From positions 1-64,000 of the forward strand of contig JBLNCY010000064.1 of NCBI GenBank assembly GCA_050261115.1: a stretch of DNA of 64,000 bases. Reading direction: 5' to 3'. A program made the translations under genes and the position numbers. Origin of the DNA: Methanocella sp. Lineage in GTDB: Archaea > Thermoproteota > Bathyarchaeia > Bathyarchaeales > Bathycorpusculaceae. The notes under the pieces were generated by a model. The model searched no databases. It saw only the letters and a program-made list of their open reading frames with translations, and had not been told where the DNA came from. Shown piece by piece: positions 8,840 through 18,478 of this stretch (its first letter is position 1; every line of letters starts with the position of its first letter).

Positions 8840-9649
8840 ATGTTGCTTGTAATCAAGATGGGCGGTAGCATCCTAAAAGAAGGCGCCTCAAGCGACCTTG
8901 TTAGCGACCTAAAAGAAATCGCAAAACAACACCAAGTTGTTCTGGTTCACGGCGGCGGCGCAGAAGTTACCGAAATCGCCTCCAAACTGGGCAAAGAACA
9001 GAAATTCATCATATCACCTGAGGGTTTCCGCAGCCGCTACACCGACAAAGAAACCATCGAAATCTATACCATGGTCATGGCGGGCAAAATGAATAAGCAA
9101 ATCGTCTTAGCCCTCGCAGCGCAGGGCATCCCCGCTGTTGGACTAAGCGGCTTAGACGCAGCGCTCCTTAAAGCCGAACGCAAAACCCGCCTAATTGCGG
9201 TTGATGAGCGGGGACGCAAAAAAGTCATTGACGGCGGCTACACTGGGAAAATTACCCAAGTGAACGTGGACTTGCTAAAGCTGCTGCTCGAAAAGGGCTA
9301 CCTGCCGATTGTGACTCCCATCGCATTAAGCCAGGACGCTGAGCCGCTCAACGTGGATGGCGATCGAACTGCAGCTATCGTTGCAGGTGCACTTAAAGCC
9401 GACAAACTCATCCTGCTCACTGACGTTGAAGGCTTAATCCTAAAAGGCGAACGTGTCCCCAAGATTGCAGCCACCGAAGTCAAAGAAGTTCTCTCCAAAA
9501 TAGGCGGCGGCATGAGCACCAAAGTCCATGCTGGCCTTGAAGCGCTTAACCAAGGCGTAGGCGAAATATTGGTCACTTCCGGAGTTGCCAAGCAGCCCAT
9601 TACTTCAGCGCTTAACCATCAAGTCGGAACTGTGATTACAAGTGAATGA
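8840..9649 (+). CDS. lysZ: [LysW]-aminoadipate/glutamate kinase (LysZ/ArgB)
   Basis: VIKMGGS, VHGGG, SRYTD, NVDGD and GGGM motifs. Alternative GTG start at 8831. Confidence 0.93.
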   Translation: MLLVIKMGGSILKEGASSDLVSDLKEIAKQHQVVLVHGGGAEVTEIASKLGKEQKFIISPEGFRSRYTDKETIEIYTMVMAGKMNKQIVLALAAQGIPAVGLSGLDAALLKAERKTRLIAVDERGRKKVIDGGYTGKITQVNVDLLKLLLEKGYLPIVTPIALSQDAEPLNVDGDRTAAIVAGALKADKLILLTDVEGLILKGERVPKIAATEVKEVLSKIGGGMSTKVHAGLEALNQGVGEILVTSGVAKQPITSALNHQVGTVITSE

Positions 9650-10856
9650 AAAAGAAATCATGGACATCGAAAACCGTTATTTAGCTAACGTGTTTTCCAA
9701 AAAACCCGTTGTGTTAACCCACGGCAAAGGCGCGCTCCTGTGGGATATTAACGGGAAGGAGTACGTTGACTGTGCAAGCAGCTACGGCGTCGCCGCGTTG
9801 GGACACTGTCACCCCAAGATTGTGGAAGCCGTCAAAGCCCAAGCAGAGGAACTCATAACCTGCCACAGCTGCTACTACAACGACAAACGCGCCGAATTCA
9901 TCCAGAAACTCGTCTCCATCACGCCTAAAGGCTTGGATAAGGCTTTTCTGTCAAACAGCGGCGCCGAATCAGTCGAATGCGCCATTAAACTTGCCCGCAA
10001 AGCCACCGGCAAAACCGAAATCATCGGCGTCATGGGCGCCTACCACGGCAAAACCATGGGTGCCCTCTCCCTGACGTGGGACAAGAAATACCGTGAACCC
10101 TTCCAGCCCCTTATCCCCGACATGAAACATGTCCCGCCGGACAACCCCGACAAGCTCCGTGAAGCCATCGGCGAAAAAACCGCGGCAGTCATCATGGAAC
10201 CCATTCGAGGCGAAGGCGGCATACGCGTTCCACTCGAAGGCTACATACAGGAAGTTCGCGAAATATGCGATCAACACGGCATACTTCTCATCTTTGACGA
10301 GGTGCAAACGAGTTTTGGACGCACAGGTAAGAACTTTGGTTGCCAAAACTGGGACGTTACGCCCGATGTTATGTGCCTCTCAAAACCCTTTGCAGGCGGC
10401 TTACCCATCGGCATTACGGTTGCCCGCGAGGACCTTATGTCAGCGTTTAAAATGGGCGAGCACACAACCACCTACAGCGGAAGCCCCCTAGTTATGGCGG
10501 CTGGTATAGCTGCAATCGATGCCCTAGTCGAGGAGAAACTTGCTGACAAAGCCGCCTCCAACGGTAAATACTTTAAAGCCCAACTTGAAGAACTCCAAGC
10601 CAAGCATAAAATCGTTAAAGACGTGCGTGGTTTAGGCTTAATGTTGGGCATGGAGCTACGCTATGACGTATATGGCGTACTGCTGAAAGCTCTCAACAGA
10701 GGCACCCTGGTTATCGATGCGGGTCGAACCGTTGTCCGCATGCTGCCCCCGCTGGTTATATCTAAACCCCAAATCGATCGAGTCATAACTGCCCTCGATG
10801 AGGCGCTAGGAGAAGAAGAGAATGAGCGAGGAGCAAGCAGTCCGGTTTCTAACTAA
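9642..10856 (+). CDS. lysJ: [LysW]-semialdehyde aminotransferase (LysJ/ArgD)
   Basis: NSGAES, YHGKT, DEVQT and LSK(PLP) motifs of class-III aminotransferases. Confidence 0.92.
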   Translation: MNEKEIMDIENRYLANVFSKKPVVLTHGKGALLWDINGKEYVDCASSYGVAALGHCHPKIVEAVKAQAEELITCHSCYYNDKRAEFIQKLVSITPKGLDKAFLSNSGAESVECAIKLARKATGKTEIIGVMGAYHGKTMGALSLTWDKKYREPFQPLIPDMKHVPPDNPDKLREAIGEKTAAVIMEPIRGEGGIRVPLEGYIQEVREICDQHGILLIFDEVQTSFGRTGKNFGCQNWDVTPDVMCLSKPFAGGLPIGITVAREDLMSAFKMGEHTTTYSGSPLVMAAGIAAIDALVEEKLADKAASNGKYFKAQLEELQAKHKIVKDVRGLGLMLGMELRYDVYGVLLKALNRGTLVIDAGRTVVRMLPPLVISKPQIDRVITALDEALGEEENERGASSPVSN

Positions 10857-11961
10857 CCTTTTGGGCATCTATAGCCCTTCCGGGAAGGAACAAGATGCAG
10901 CCAACTTTATAGCTACCGAAATGAAGCGGATGGGCTTTGAAGTCGGCATAGACAGCATCGGCAACGTTATTGGCGTGATCGGAAAAGGCGAGCCTGTCAT
11001 CATGCTCTGTGGCCACATGGATACGGTGGCTGGTCATATGCCTCTTCGCTTAGAGGAGGGCAAAATCTACGCCCGCGGCGCAGTAGACGCGAAAGGCCCC
11101 TTGGCAGCTATGATTATGGCTGCGGCAAGCGTCGGCAAAGACCCCCGGTTCAAAGGTAAAATCCTTATGGTTAGCGTAGTCGAGGAAGAGGCTACAAGCA
11201 AAGGCGTCCGACATCTCATCACTCAGGGCATTAAAGCGGACTATGCGGTTTTCGGGGAACCCAGCGGCGTAGAAAATATTACCATAGGTTACAAAGGCCA
11301 AATTCAGCTAAAAGTCGTCGTGAAAACTGAAACTGGTCATGCATCCACCCCTTGGCTATATGATAATGCGCTTGAGAAGGCCTATGAGCTCTGGGAGCGG
11401 ATTCGGGCGGCGTGCACTTTCCCCTCGATTGAGCCGCAGGAAACACCGTTCACTGCCATCACCGTTTGCCTTGTTCGTATGGTGGGTGGCCGCGGCAACT
11501 CTGTTATACCCTTTGAGGCCGAAATGAACCTCGACATACGCGTCCCCATCCAGTACACTACCTCGCAGGTTTATGAGAAGATGCTAAAGATAATTGAGGC
11601 CTACCAGAACAGCAATCCGAAGGTCAGCATAAAAACCTCAGTGACAGATACCGTAGAACCGTTTGAAGCCAGCAAAGCCACCCCCATCGTTAATGTACTT
11701 GCATCGTCAGTTCGCAGGGTCATCAACAAACCCGCCACACTGCTCCGAAAAACTGGCACCGGCGACATGAACATTCTAGGCAAAGCCATGCAGCTTCCCA
11801 TCGTAACTTATGGCCCCGGCGATGGCCATCTAGACCATACACCTGACGAGCACATCAAAATAGCAGAGTACCTCCAAGCCATAGAAATCTACAAGGATTT
11901 CCTGCTAAAACTAAGCGAAATCCACAATAACAAAGCCACCCGCGCTAATCAGGAATCTTAA
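10822..11961 (+). CDS. lysK: [LysW]-lysine/ornithine hydrolase (LysK, M20 family)
   Basis: GHMDTV, GAVDAKG, EEE, GEPS, GDMN and DHTPDE motifs. Confidence 0.92.
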   Translation: MSEEQAVRFLTNLLGIYSPSGKEQDAANFIATEMKRMGFEVGIDSIGNVIGVIGKGEPVIMLCGHMDTVAGHMPLRLEEGKIYARGAVDAKGPLAAMIMAAASVGKDPRFKGKILMVSVVEEEATSKGVRHLITQGIKADYAVFGEPSGVENITIGYKGQIQLKVVVKTETGHASTPWLYDNALEKAYELWERIRAACTFPSIEPQETPFTAITVCLVRMVGGRGNSVIPFEAEMNLDIRVPIQYTTSQVYEKMLKIIEAYQNSNPKVSIKTSVTDTVEPFEASKATPIVNVLASSVRRVINKPATLLRKTGTGDMNILGKAMQLPIVTYGPGDGHLDHTPDEHIKIAEYLQAIEIYKDFLLKLSEIHNNKATRANQES

Positions 11962-12059
11962 TCCCTTTTTGGGATTTCACTTTTTCCTATTTTGGCTGAA
12001 TCAGAGAGCAATACTTTAGAGTAACCAAAACATTTTGATTTGCAAATAAGGGTGTCCAT

Positions 12060-12185
12060 ATGCCTAACATGAAAAAGAAAAACATTAACACTCGCAAAGA
12101 ACAAGAAAAGAAAGCCAAACGTGAAAAAGAAGCTTCGAAAAAAGCCAAACTTAGTCAGCTTCCGCCAAAAGGACAGAAAAAATAG
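12060..12185 (+). CDS. Small Lys-rich basic protein (41 aa; below ORF-track cutoff)
   Basis: MPNMKKKNINTRKEQEKKAKREKEASKKAKLSQLPPKGQKK. Preceded by AGGGTG and followed by a pyrimidine/T tract. Confidence 0.55.
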   Translation: MPNMKKKNINTRKEQEKKAKREKEASKKAKLSQLPPKGQKK

Positions 12186-12310
12186 CTCTTTTCACCTCTT
12201 TGCTTTTTATCTATTCAAACTTATTTCTCCTGAATCTACTTTCGCTAGATACATACAAAAGCTTCCTCACATGAATAGTCAGCAAAAGGCATATGTGAGG
12301 TGCGAGGGGA

Positions 12311-15300
12311 ACGATCGAAGATGACTTCAGCATCGAAGTTGCATTAGACGACGATGAAGAAGAAAGCGAAGGTACCCTAACCGCATCAGGTATCGCCGAG
12401 TACATTCGCTTCAACTGTTGCCCCCGATTCTTTAAGCTCAAATTCGAAGGTAAAGAAGTCCGCAAGAGAGTTTGGCTGGAAGCCTTCAAACCCATCAGCC
12501 CCCTACTCTACGGCACAGGCAAGGCACTAGAAGAGAAGAAAGTGGAGGAACTCCGAGCCAAAGCCGCAGAGTACCACGATTTTACCTGCTATGACCCCAA
12601 AGCGTACGGTAAACATGGCTGGGAAAAAGCCAAAGACTCCATGAATAACCTGCGCTATATTATCGAGCACACTATCAGCCAAGGGGAAAACCCCGAAGGT
12701 AGCCCCATACTGCTCTACCAAGTGCCCATGAAGGGGCCCATTGGTGTCTGGGAAGTTAAGGGTATTGCGGACTTGATCGCTATCTGGCCGCTCAAGGACG
12801 GCAAAGTGCGGGTACGCATTTTTGAATTAAAATCCAGTTGGAAGGAGCAGACCGCTCACCGTATCCAAGTTGCCATCTATGTTATCCTGCTTTCAAGGGA
12901 GTTAGGCGGCTTATCTGCCAAGGTGGAAATCGAAGGAGGCGTCATCAACCGCGAAACCAGCCTCGAGAGCCTCGACCCCGATAGCCTCCCGAAGTTCAAA
13001 CTAAGCCCCCTTATTCAAGACGTAGAGCGCCTCCTAGCCAGAAACGGGGAATTAAACCGCATCCATAACACCCCAATTGAGGCTGTTGAGTACCAGTTGT
13101 GTTGGCGATGTGACAACTGCGGCTTTAACGAATGCTGCATCGTTTGCGCCGTAGAGAACGAAAGCATAGCACTGCTTAATCTGAGTCGAGGAGAACAGAA
13201 AGCGCTAAGACACCATGGCATAACAAAACTTGAGGACCTAGCTAAGCTAAAGCCTGTAGTCGACAACATGAACCTGCGCCCCTATGACTTCAGAACCATC
13301 CCCGCCAAAGACCACCAGAAAGTCCACGAACTATCCACTGACCCCATCGTCGGCGCAAAGCTTGATTGGCTAATCCAGCGGGCGCAGTTTATGCTTGGCG
13401 GCATCCGACCCAGCCCATATGCCAGCAAAAGCCGCTGGATGCCCTGGCTGACTGGCACAGGCTACGGTACCCTACCTGAAGACAGCCCCGCCGCGGGAAT
13501 GGACTCGGCGCTTCTCTACAACCCCGACGGCATGATTCGGGTCTATCTCTTTGTTGAATGGGACTACATGCTTGATGTTGTCTCGATGTTAAGCGCCAAA
13601 GTCAACTGCACCCGCTACCGAGGCGAACTCCTCTACGTTTCAGAGGTAATCGGTAGCCTCCCAGACGACCGCAACCAATGCATAGACGAAGAACGCGCGA
13701 TGATGGAGGCATTCTTCAAGGGCCTAACAGAGGCAATTACAAAAGTAGCAAACGCTGTCGGCAGCCCCGAGGAAGCACCCATTCACCTTTACTTCTTTAG
13801 CCGCCAAGAACGCGACGTACTCATGAAAGCGGTGTGCCGCCAACCCTCCCTAATCAGCGCACGGGCGGTTCGTGACCTGTTGGGGCTGCGGCAAGCCATC
13901 GACCAACCCATGTTTTCCATATTGCAAGATGAGGTTGCACATCGCAAGGCGCTTCGCTTCCACAGTTCAGGGTTGCTGCCTATCCTTGAGCAAGCCTGCT
14001 TCTTTGACCGCAACCAATGGAAAGCCAAACGCAAAGACGGCACCATAGTCGACTTAGCCATGGTTTTTCGTGATGGCTTCTTCAACTATTCTTTGCCTTT
14101 TCACAGAAATAAAGACGGCACCATAGCTTTCTTGAAAGAGGGTAAAAACGACGGCTACTACCCTGCCCGGGCACGTTTCGGCGACCAAATCCCTATAGAG
14201 TACTTATGGGGTGCCAAAGGACGTCTCGACAACTTTGAACAAGTCAAGGGTCCAGCTAAAATCCTGTTAGATAAGCGGAAATGGTGCGATTACATTCAGA
14301 AGAACCGCCGCATTACAGACGAGGAACTTAACTTGATGGGTCAGAAAATCTGTATGGCACTGGAGACCATCGAGCGGTCACTTAACATTCGAAACAGGCG
14401 GTTGGGTAAGAAGCCAATTGCGGTGCCTAAAATCAGCGAGTTCTCATTAGGCGAATCCACTTTAGAGCGTAGCTGCCGCGAGTTCCTTGACCTGGAGTAC
14501 TTCTCTAAGCGCCAAGAAATGTATCAGCATTACGCTATGTTGCCCTATCAACGTGTGGCTTCGGGGCGATCGGTGATTTTCCAGTGTACCCAAGTAGACG
14601 AATTCGAACGGGACTTTATTGTCCGTGGAAAACTCATCTATGAAGGCATTGGGCTACCCAAAGCCGAATGTGTTGCCAACGCGTGTCGCATCAAAGGCTC
14701 CGACGGCTCAAGCAGCGGCGACTGGATGGTCGTCACCGAACTAAGCAAAAACACACAAGGACAATTTGAGGAAACCGAGAAACGCTCCCCCTCGGAAGTC
14801 GAAAAATCCGCCCGCGCCATCGTAGAAATGGTGGATGTGGCCAAACTCGAAATCACCATAAAAGTCGTCTCTTGGCCAAGGGGCAAAGGTAGCAAATACA
14901 GCGCATGGCACAACCTGCCGACAACCGACCCCGAGAAAGCACAAAACAAGTTTATGCAGCTCTTCGAAGCAGGCAGATACTATATCCTAGACGAACTCGC
15001 CGATGACATCATCAGCGACCGTGCAGCCAAATGTCTCGACTATGCAGCCAACAACGTCCTATACTGCCAACTGGCGGCCTATTTAGCTGGTAAAACTGGC
15101 GGCTCCACACACACCGCCCTCTCGCCCACAGCGGCAGCCCCGTTTCTGAGTTGGATGGAGCATCGGCGACATCCGCCTAATCCCGAGCAGAAACGCTTTG
15201 TTGAACGCGTGTTTAGCGAAGAACCTATCGTTATGCTTCAAGGCCCGCCGGGGACAGGTAAAACCGAAACGCTGCAGCTAACCGTTTTGGCACATATTGC

Positions 15301-16654
15301 AGCGCATCGAGCTAACAGCCGCTGTCGCGTCCTCATGGTAGCTCCAACCCATAAAGCCATCCAAGAATTCGTCGCCAAACTCGCCTGCTGCTGGGAAGAA
15401 TACACAAGCCAGGGCGGCAAAGACCTCAAAGACCTACGCATCTACCGTGTCATGAGCAGTGACGTTAATAGAGAAACGGCGCTGCCGGGTGTCAAGTACT
15501 TTAACTATAATGACGACCCCGATACGGTGCAGGAAATATCTGACTGCCTCATGAACCAAACCTCACTAACCGCCAATAGCATCATCGGCGCTCCATTGGT
15601 GCTTTGCTTGACTCCGCCTGGGCTCTATGGGTTGATGAAGAAAATCGGCGACAAAGAGCCGCCTTGGGGCGAAGGCTTCTTTGATTTGCTAGTGGTCGAC
15701 GAGGCGAGCATGATGCGGCTCCCCGAACTCATCCTCTCAGGCAGTTTCCTAACCAAGAACAGCCAAATCCTAGTCGCAGGCGACCATCGCCAGCTCCCGC
15801 CTATTGTAGCACATAACTGGGAAAAAGAAGACCGCCGAACCCTCGAGGAAATGGCGTCTTTCCTATCTGCCATGGATTTCTTGCGGTTACTAAGAAATGA
15901 GGATTTAGGCTTGGAGCGCATCGTTTGCAAGCATTCCGCGCCGATTCCTGCCGAGCGGCTCAGTGAAAGCCACCGCTGTCACTCCATCGTCGCTGAATTT
16001 CTACGTGAATGGGTTTATGAGAAAGACAATATCGACTTCCGCTCTAACCGAACTGAAACGTTGCCTCCGCCAAAGGCTCCAACCGAGGGATTAGGCGTGG
16101 TTTTGGAACCCGAGAACGTGTTTGTGTTGGTGGTGCATGATGAGGCAGAGAGCTTCCAATCCAACCTTGTCGAAGCAGCCATCGTCAATGCCTTAGTTCG
16201 AAGTTCACCCACGGACAAAGTCGGAATCATTACGCCTCACAACGCCCAAAAAGGACTGTTAAAGAACCTACTACCTGGAGGCTCCAAAGACACACGAGTA
16301 GACACCGTCGAACGCTACCAAGGCGGCGAAGCAGACTTCATCATCATCTCTAGCTGCGTCAGCGATCCCGACTACGTCCGAACGGAAAGCGACTTCCTAC
16401 TCAACCTCAACCGTATAAACGTCGCCATTAGCCGCATGAAGAAAAAACTAGTCATAGTGGCTAGCAGGAGCATCTTTGAATTTATGCCACAGGACGCAAG
16501 GGACTATGATAAAGCGATGCTCTGGCGGGGCATCTCAGAAACGGTAGGCTTCACAGCCGATTCGACTCCAAAATGGAGCGGTTCACTGCCAGACTTTTTA
16601 GGTTCGGAGGCAGCAGCGGTTAAGGTAGAAGTTTACGTTAAATCAACTAAATAG
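12311..16654 (+). CDS. Cas4/RecB-like PD-(D/E)xK Fe-S nuclease fused to UPF1/Dna2-like SF1 helicase; start codon uncertain (ORF track 12542)
   Basis: Nuclease motifs TASGIAEY…CCPR (upstream of 12542), IADLI…FELKS…QVAIY and CDNCGFNECC. Helicase motifs GPPGTGKT, APTHKA, DEAS, GDHRQLPP, ITPHNAQ, TVERYQGGE and NVAISR. Confidence 0.85.
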   Translation, partial: TIEDDFSIEVALDDDEEESEGTLTASGIAEYIRFNCCPRFFKLKFEGKEVRKRVWLEAFKPISPLLYGTGKALEEKKVEELRAKAAEYHDFTCYDPKAYGKHGWEKAKDSMNNLRYIIEHTISQGENPEGSPILLYQVPMKGPIGVWEVKGIADLIAIWPLKDGKVRVRIFELKSSWKEQTAHRIQVAIYVILLSRELGGLSAKVEIEGGVINRETSLESLDPDSLPKFKLSPLIQDVERLLARNGELNRIHNTPIEAVEYQLCWRCDNCGFNECCIVCAVENESIALLNLSRGEQKALRHHGITKLEDLAKLKPVVDNMNLRPYDFRTIPAKDHQKVHELSTDPIVGAKLDWLIQRAQFMLGGIRPSPYASKSRWMPWLTGTGYGTLPEDSPAAGMDSALLYNPDGMIRVYLFVEWDYMLDVVSMLSAKVNCTRYRGELLYVSEVIGSLPDDRNQCIDEERAMMEAFFKGLTEAITKVANAVGSPEEAPIHLYFFSRQERDVLMKAVCRQPSLISARAVRDLLGLRQAIDQPMFSILQDEVAHRKALRFHSSGLLPILEQACFFDRNQWKAKRKDGTIVDLAMVFRDGFFNYSLPFHRNKDGTIAFLKEGKNDGYYPARARFGDQIPIEYLWGAKGRLDNFEQVKGPAKILLDKRKWCDYIQKNRRITDEELNLMGQKICMALETIERSLNIRNRRLGKKPIAVPKISEFSLGESTLERSCREFLDLEYFSKRQEMYQHYAMLPYQRVASGRSVIFQCTQVDEFERDFIVRGKLIYEGIGLPKAECVANACRIKGSDGSSSGDWMVVTELSKNTQGQFEETEKRSPSEVEKSARAIVEMVDVAKLEITIKVVSWPRGKGSKYSAWHNLPTTDPEKAQNKFMQLFEAGRYYILDELADDIISDRAAKCLDYAANNVLYCQLAAYLAGKTGGSTHTALSPTAAAPFLSWMEHRRHPPNPEQKRFVERVFSEEPIVMLQGPPGTGKTETLQLTVLAHIAAHRANSRCRVLMVAPTHKAIQEFVAKLACCWEEYTSQGGKDLKDLRIYRVMSSDVNRETALPGVKYFNYNDDPDTVQEISDCLMNQTSLTANSIIGAPLVLCLTPPGLYGLMKKIGDKEPPWGEGFFDLLVVDEASMMRLPELILSGSFLTKNSQILVAGDHRQLPPIVAHNWEKEDRRTLEEMASFLSAMDFLRLLRNEDLGLERIVCKHSAPIPAERLSESHRCHSIVAEFLREWVYEKDNIDFRSNRTETLPPPKAPTEGLGVVLEPENVFVLVVHDEAESFQSNLVEAAIVNALVRSSPTDKVGIITPHNAQKGLLKNLLPGGSKDTRVDTVERYQGGEADFIIISSCVSDPDYVRTESDFLLNLNRINVAISRMKKKLVIVASRSIFEFMPQDARDYDKAMLWRGISETVGFTADSTPKWSGSLPDFLGSEAAAVKVEVYVKSTK

Positions 16655-16819
16655 CAGCTAGTCGCATCAAAAGTTGTTGTATCTTGTGCTTCTTATGTAA
16701 GCTTCAGGAGATGTTCCCCGCCAAACTAGATAAATGCTTATCTTCACTTTTTTAAAAAACAAATGTATTTATTTTTACTTTTTTTAGGTGTACCATACGT
16801 TAAGGTTTAATGGTGAAAA

Positions 16820-18325
16820 ATGATGCCTAATAACTCCGTCATTATTATCGGCGCTGGATTGGCAGGTCTATCCACTGGCTGCTATGCCCAAATGAACGGT
16901 TACAATACTCAAATCTTTGAGATGCAAAACAAGCCCGGCGGGGTCTGCGTCTCGTGGAAGCGAGGCGACTACAATTTTGATTACGCTGTACACAACATTT
17001 TTGGCGTCTCAACTAAGCCTACTGGTTCTTTATACAATCGTTTGTGGGATGAGCTTGGAGCGCTAAGAAACACAAGCGTTTATGGTTTTAACGAGTTTGT
17101 CCAAGTGGAAGCAGACGGGAAAGCCTTAACTGTTTACTCTGACCCTGAAAAACTCGAGAAACACCTAAAAGGACTCTCGCCCACAGATGCCGCGGTAATA
17201 GATGAATTTGTTCGCGCTGTTAAGAAATTCAGGGGTCATGATGTCTTTTCTGCCTTATTTGGTGGGGCAGGCGCTAAACTAAAGATGTTGCCTCTTATGG
17301 GTACATTGATGAAGTATGCAAAAACACCGTTAAAGGAGTTCAGCCAAAAGTTCGCTGATCCCTTCCTCCAAAAAGCGTTCCCAACAATCCAATATGACAT
17401 ACAGGAGGTGCCTGTATTTATCCCAATTATTTTTCTATCCATGCTGAGCGTTGGGGATGCTGGGTGGCCAATCGGTGGTTCTGCAGCGTTGTCTAAAAAC
17501 ATCGAAAACAGCTACCTATCACTGGGCGGTAAAGTTCACTACAAATCAAGAGTCAAGAAAATCATTGTTAAGGAGGACGTCGCTAAGGGTGTGCAACTTG
17601 AAGATGACTCAGAGCATTTTGCCGATTTAGTGGTTTCTGCTGCCGATGGATACTCAACGATTTTCGGCATGCTTGATGGGAAATATACGACTCCATTAAT
17701 CGACGCCTATTACAAGTCATACCCCAAAACGCAATCGTTCGGGCTGGAGGTTTGGTATGGTGTTAAGCGGGATTTTGTTAATGAACCGCATGCTATGGTT
17801 CTATTCTTAGACAAACCTCTCAATGTAGAAGACACGCCCCGCGATAAGCTTGATATCGAAATCCTAAACTTTGACCCAACCCTTGCCCCCCAAGGAAAAA
17901 CGGTTATAAAAGTAAACTTCGACTCAAACTATGATTACTGGAAAAACCTCTCACAAAACACCGCTGCCTACAAACAACAAAAACGCCAAATCGCCGACGA
18001 AGTTGCAGAAAGACTGGACAAACGCTTCCCCAAATTTAAGAGCCAAATAGAATCTGTTGATGTAGTGACACCCGTCTCTGTTGAGCACTGGACTGGGGGC
18101 TTTAGGGGTTTTGCACAGCCATGGCCAGCCCCCTCAGATTTAGCCAAGGACATAAACAAAACTGGCGTCAGCAAAACTTTGCCTGGTCTTAAGAACTTCT
18201 ATATGGTTGGACAATGGTCAGGTGGCACCTTTGGTATAAGCACCGTCTGCATGATGGGAAAGGGTCTTGTTAGGGATATCTGTAAAGCCGATGGCAAGAA
18301 ATTTCAAATAAAACCTATCCCATAG
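16820..18325 (+). CDS. NAD(P)/FAD-dependent oxidoreductase, phytoene desaturase family
   Basis: IIGAGLAGL…E.Q.KPGG, WPIGGS, APQGK and LPGLKNFYMVGQW motifs. Confidence 0.85.
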   Translation: MMPNNSVIIIGAGLAGLSTGCYAQMNGYNTQIFEMQNKPGGVCVSWKRGDYNFDYAVHNIFGVSTKPTGSLYNRLWDELGALRNTSVYGFNEFVQVEADGKALTVYSDPEKLEKHLKGLSPTDAAVIDEFVRAVKKFRGHDVFSALFGGAGAKLKMLPLMGTLMKYAKTPLKEFSQKFADPFLQKAFPTIQYDIQEVPVFIPIIFLSMLSVGDAGWPIGGSAALSKNIENSYLSLGGKVHYKSRVKKIIVKEDVAKGVQLEDDSEHFADLVVSAADGYSTIFGMLDGKYTTPLIDAYYKSYPKTQSFGLEVWYGVKRDFVNEPHAMVLFLDKPLNVEDTPRDKLDIEILNFDPTLAPQGKTVIKVNFDSNYDYWKNLSQNTAAYKQQKRQIADEVAERLDKRFPKFKSQIESVDVVTPVSVEHWTGGFRGFAQPWPAPSDLAKDINKTGVSKTLPGLKNFYMVGQWSGGTFGISTVCMMGKGLVRDICKADGKKFQIKPIP

Positions 18326-18410
18326 AGCCCAATTCGTGCCCGTCTGATAACAGAACCAAAAACAACTTAAATCCCCCAACCCTTAAACATACAAGAGCTG
18401 CAAAGCGCCT

Positions 18411-18422
18411 TAAAGTTTATAT
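18411..18422 (+). promoter_or_regulatory. TATA box upstream of thermosome gene
   Basis: AAAGTTTATAT about 60 nt upstream of ATG 18479. Confidence 0.5.
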
Positions 18423-18478
18423 CCACGTTCGGGGTTTTGCAATAAACCGAAAAAACATTCTACTAGAGGGATAACAGT

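Noticed and set aside
12311-13200. CRISPR-Cas locus suggested by the Cas4-like domain
   Set aside because: No repeat-spacer array or other cas genes were seen; the domain is fused to an SF1 helicase.
16820-18325. Carotenoid biosynthesis cluster
   Set aside because: A single desaturase-family gene with no crtB/crtE neighbours; the substrate cannot be assigned.
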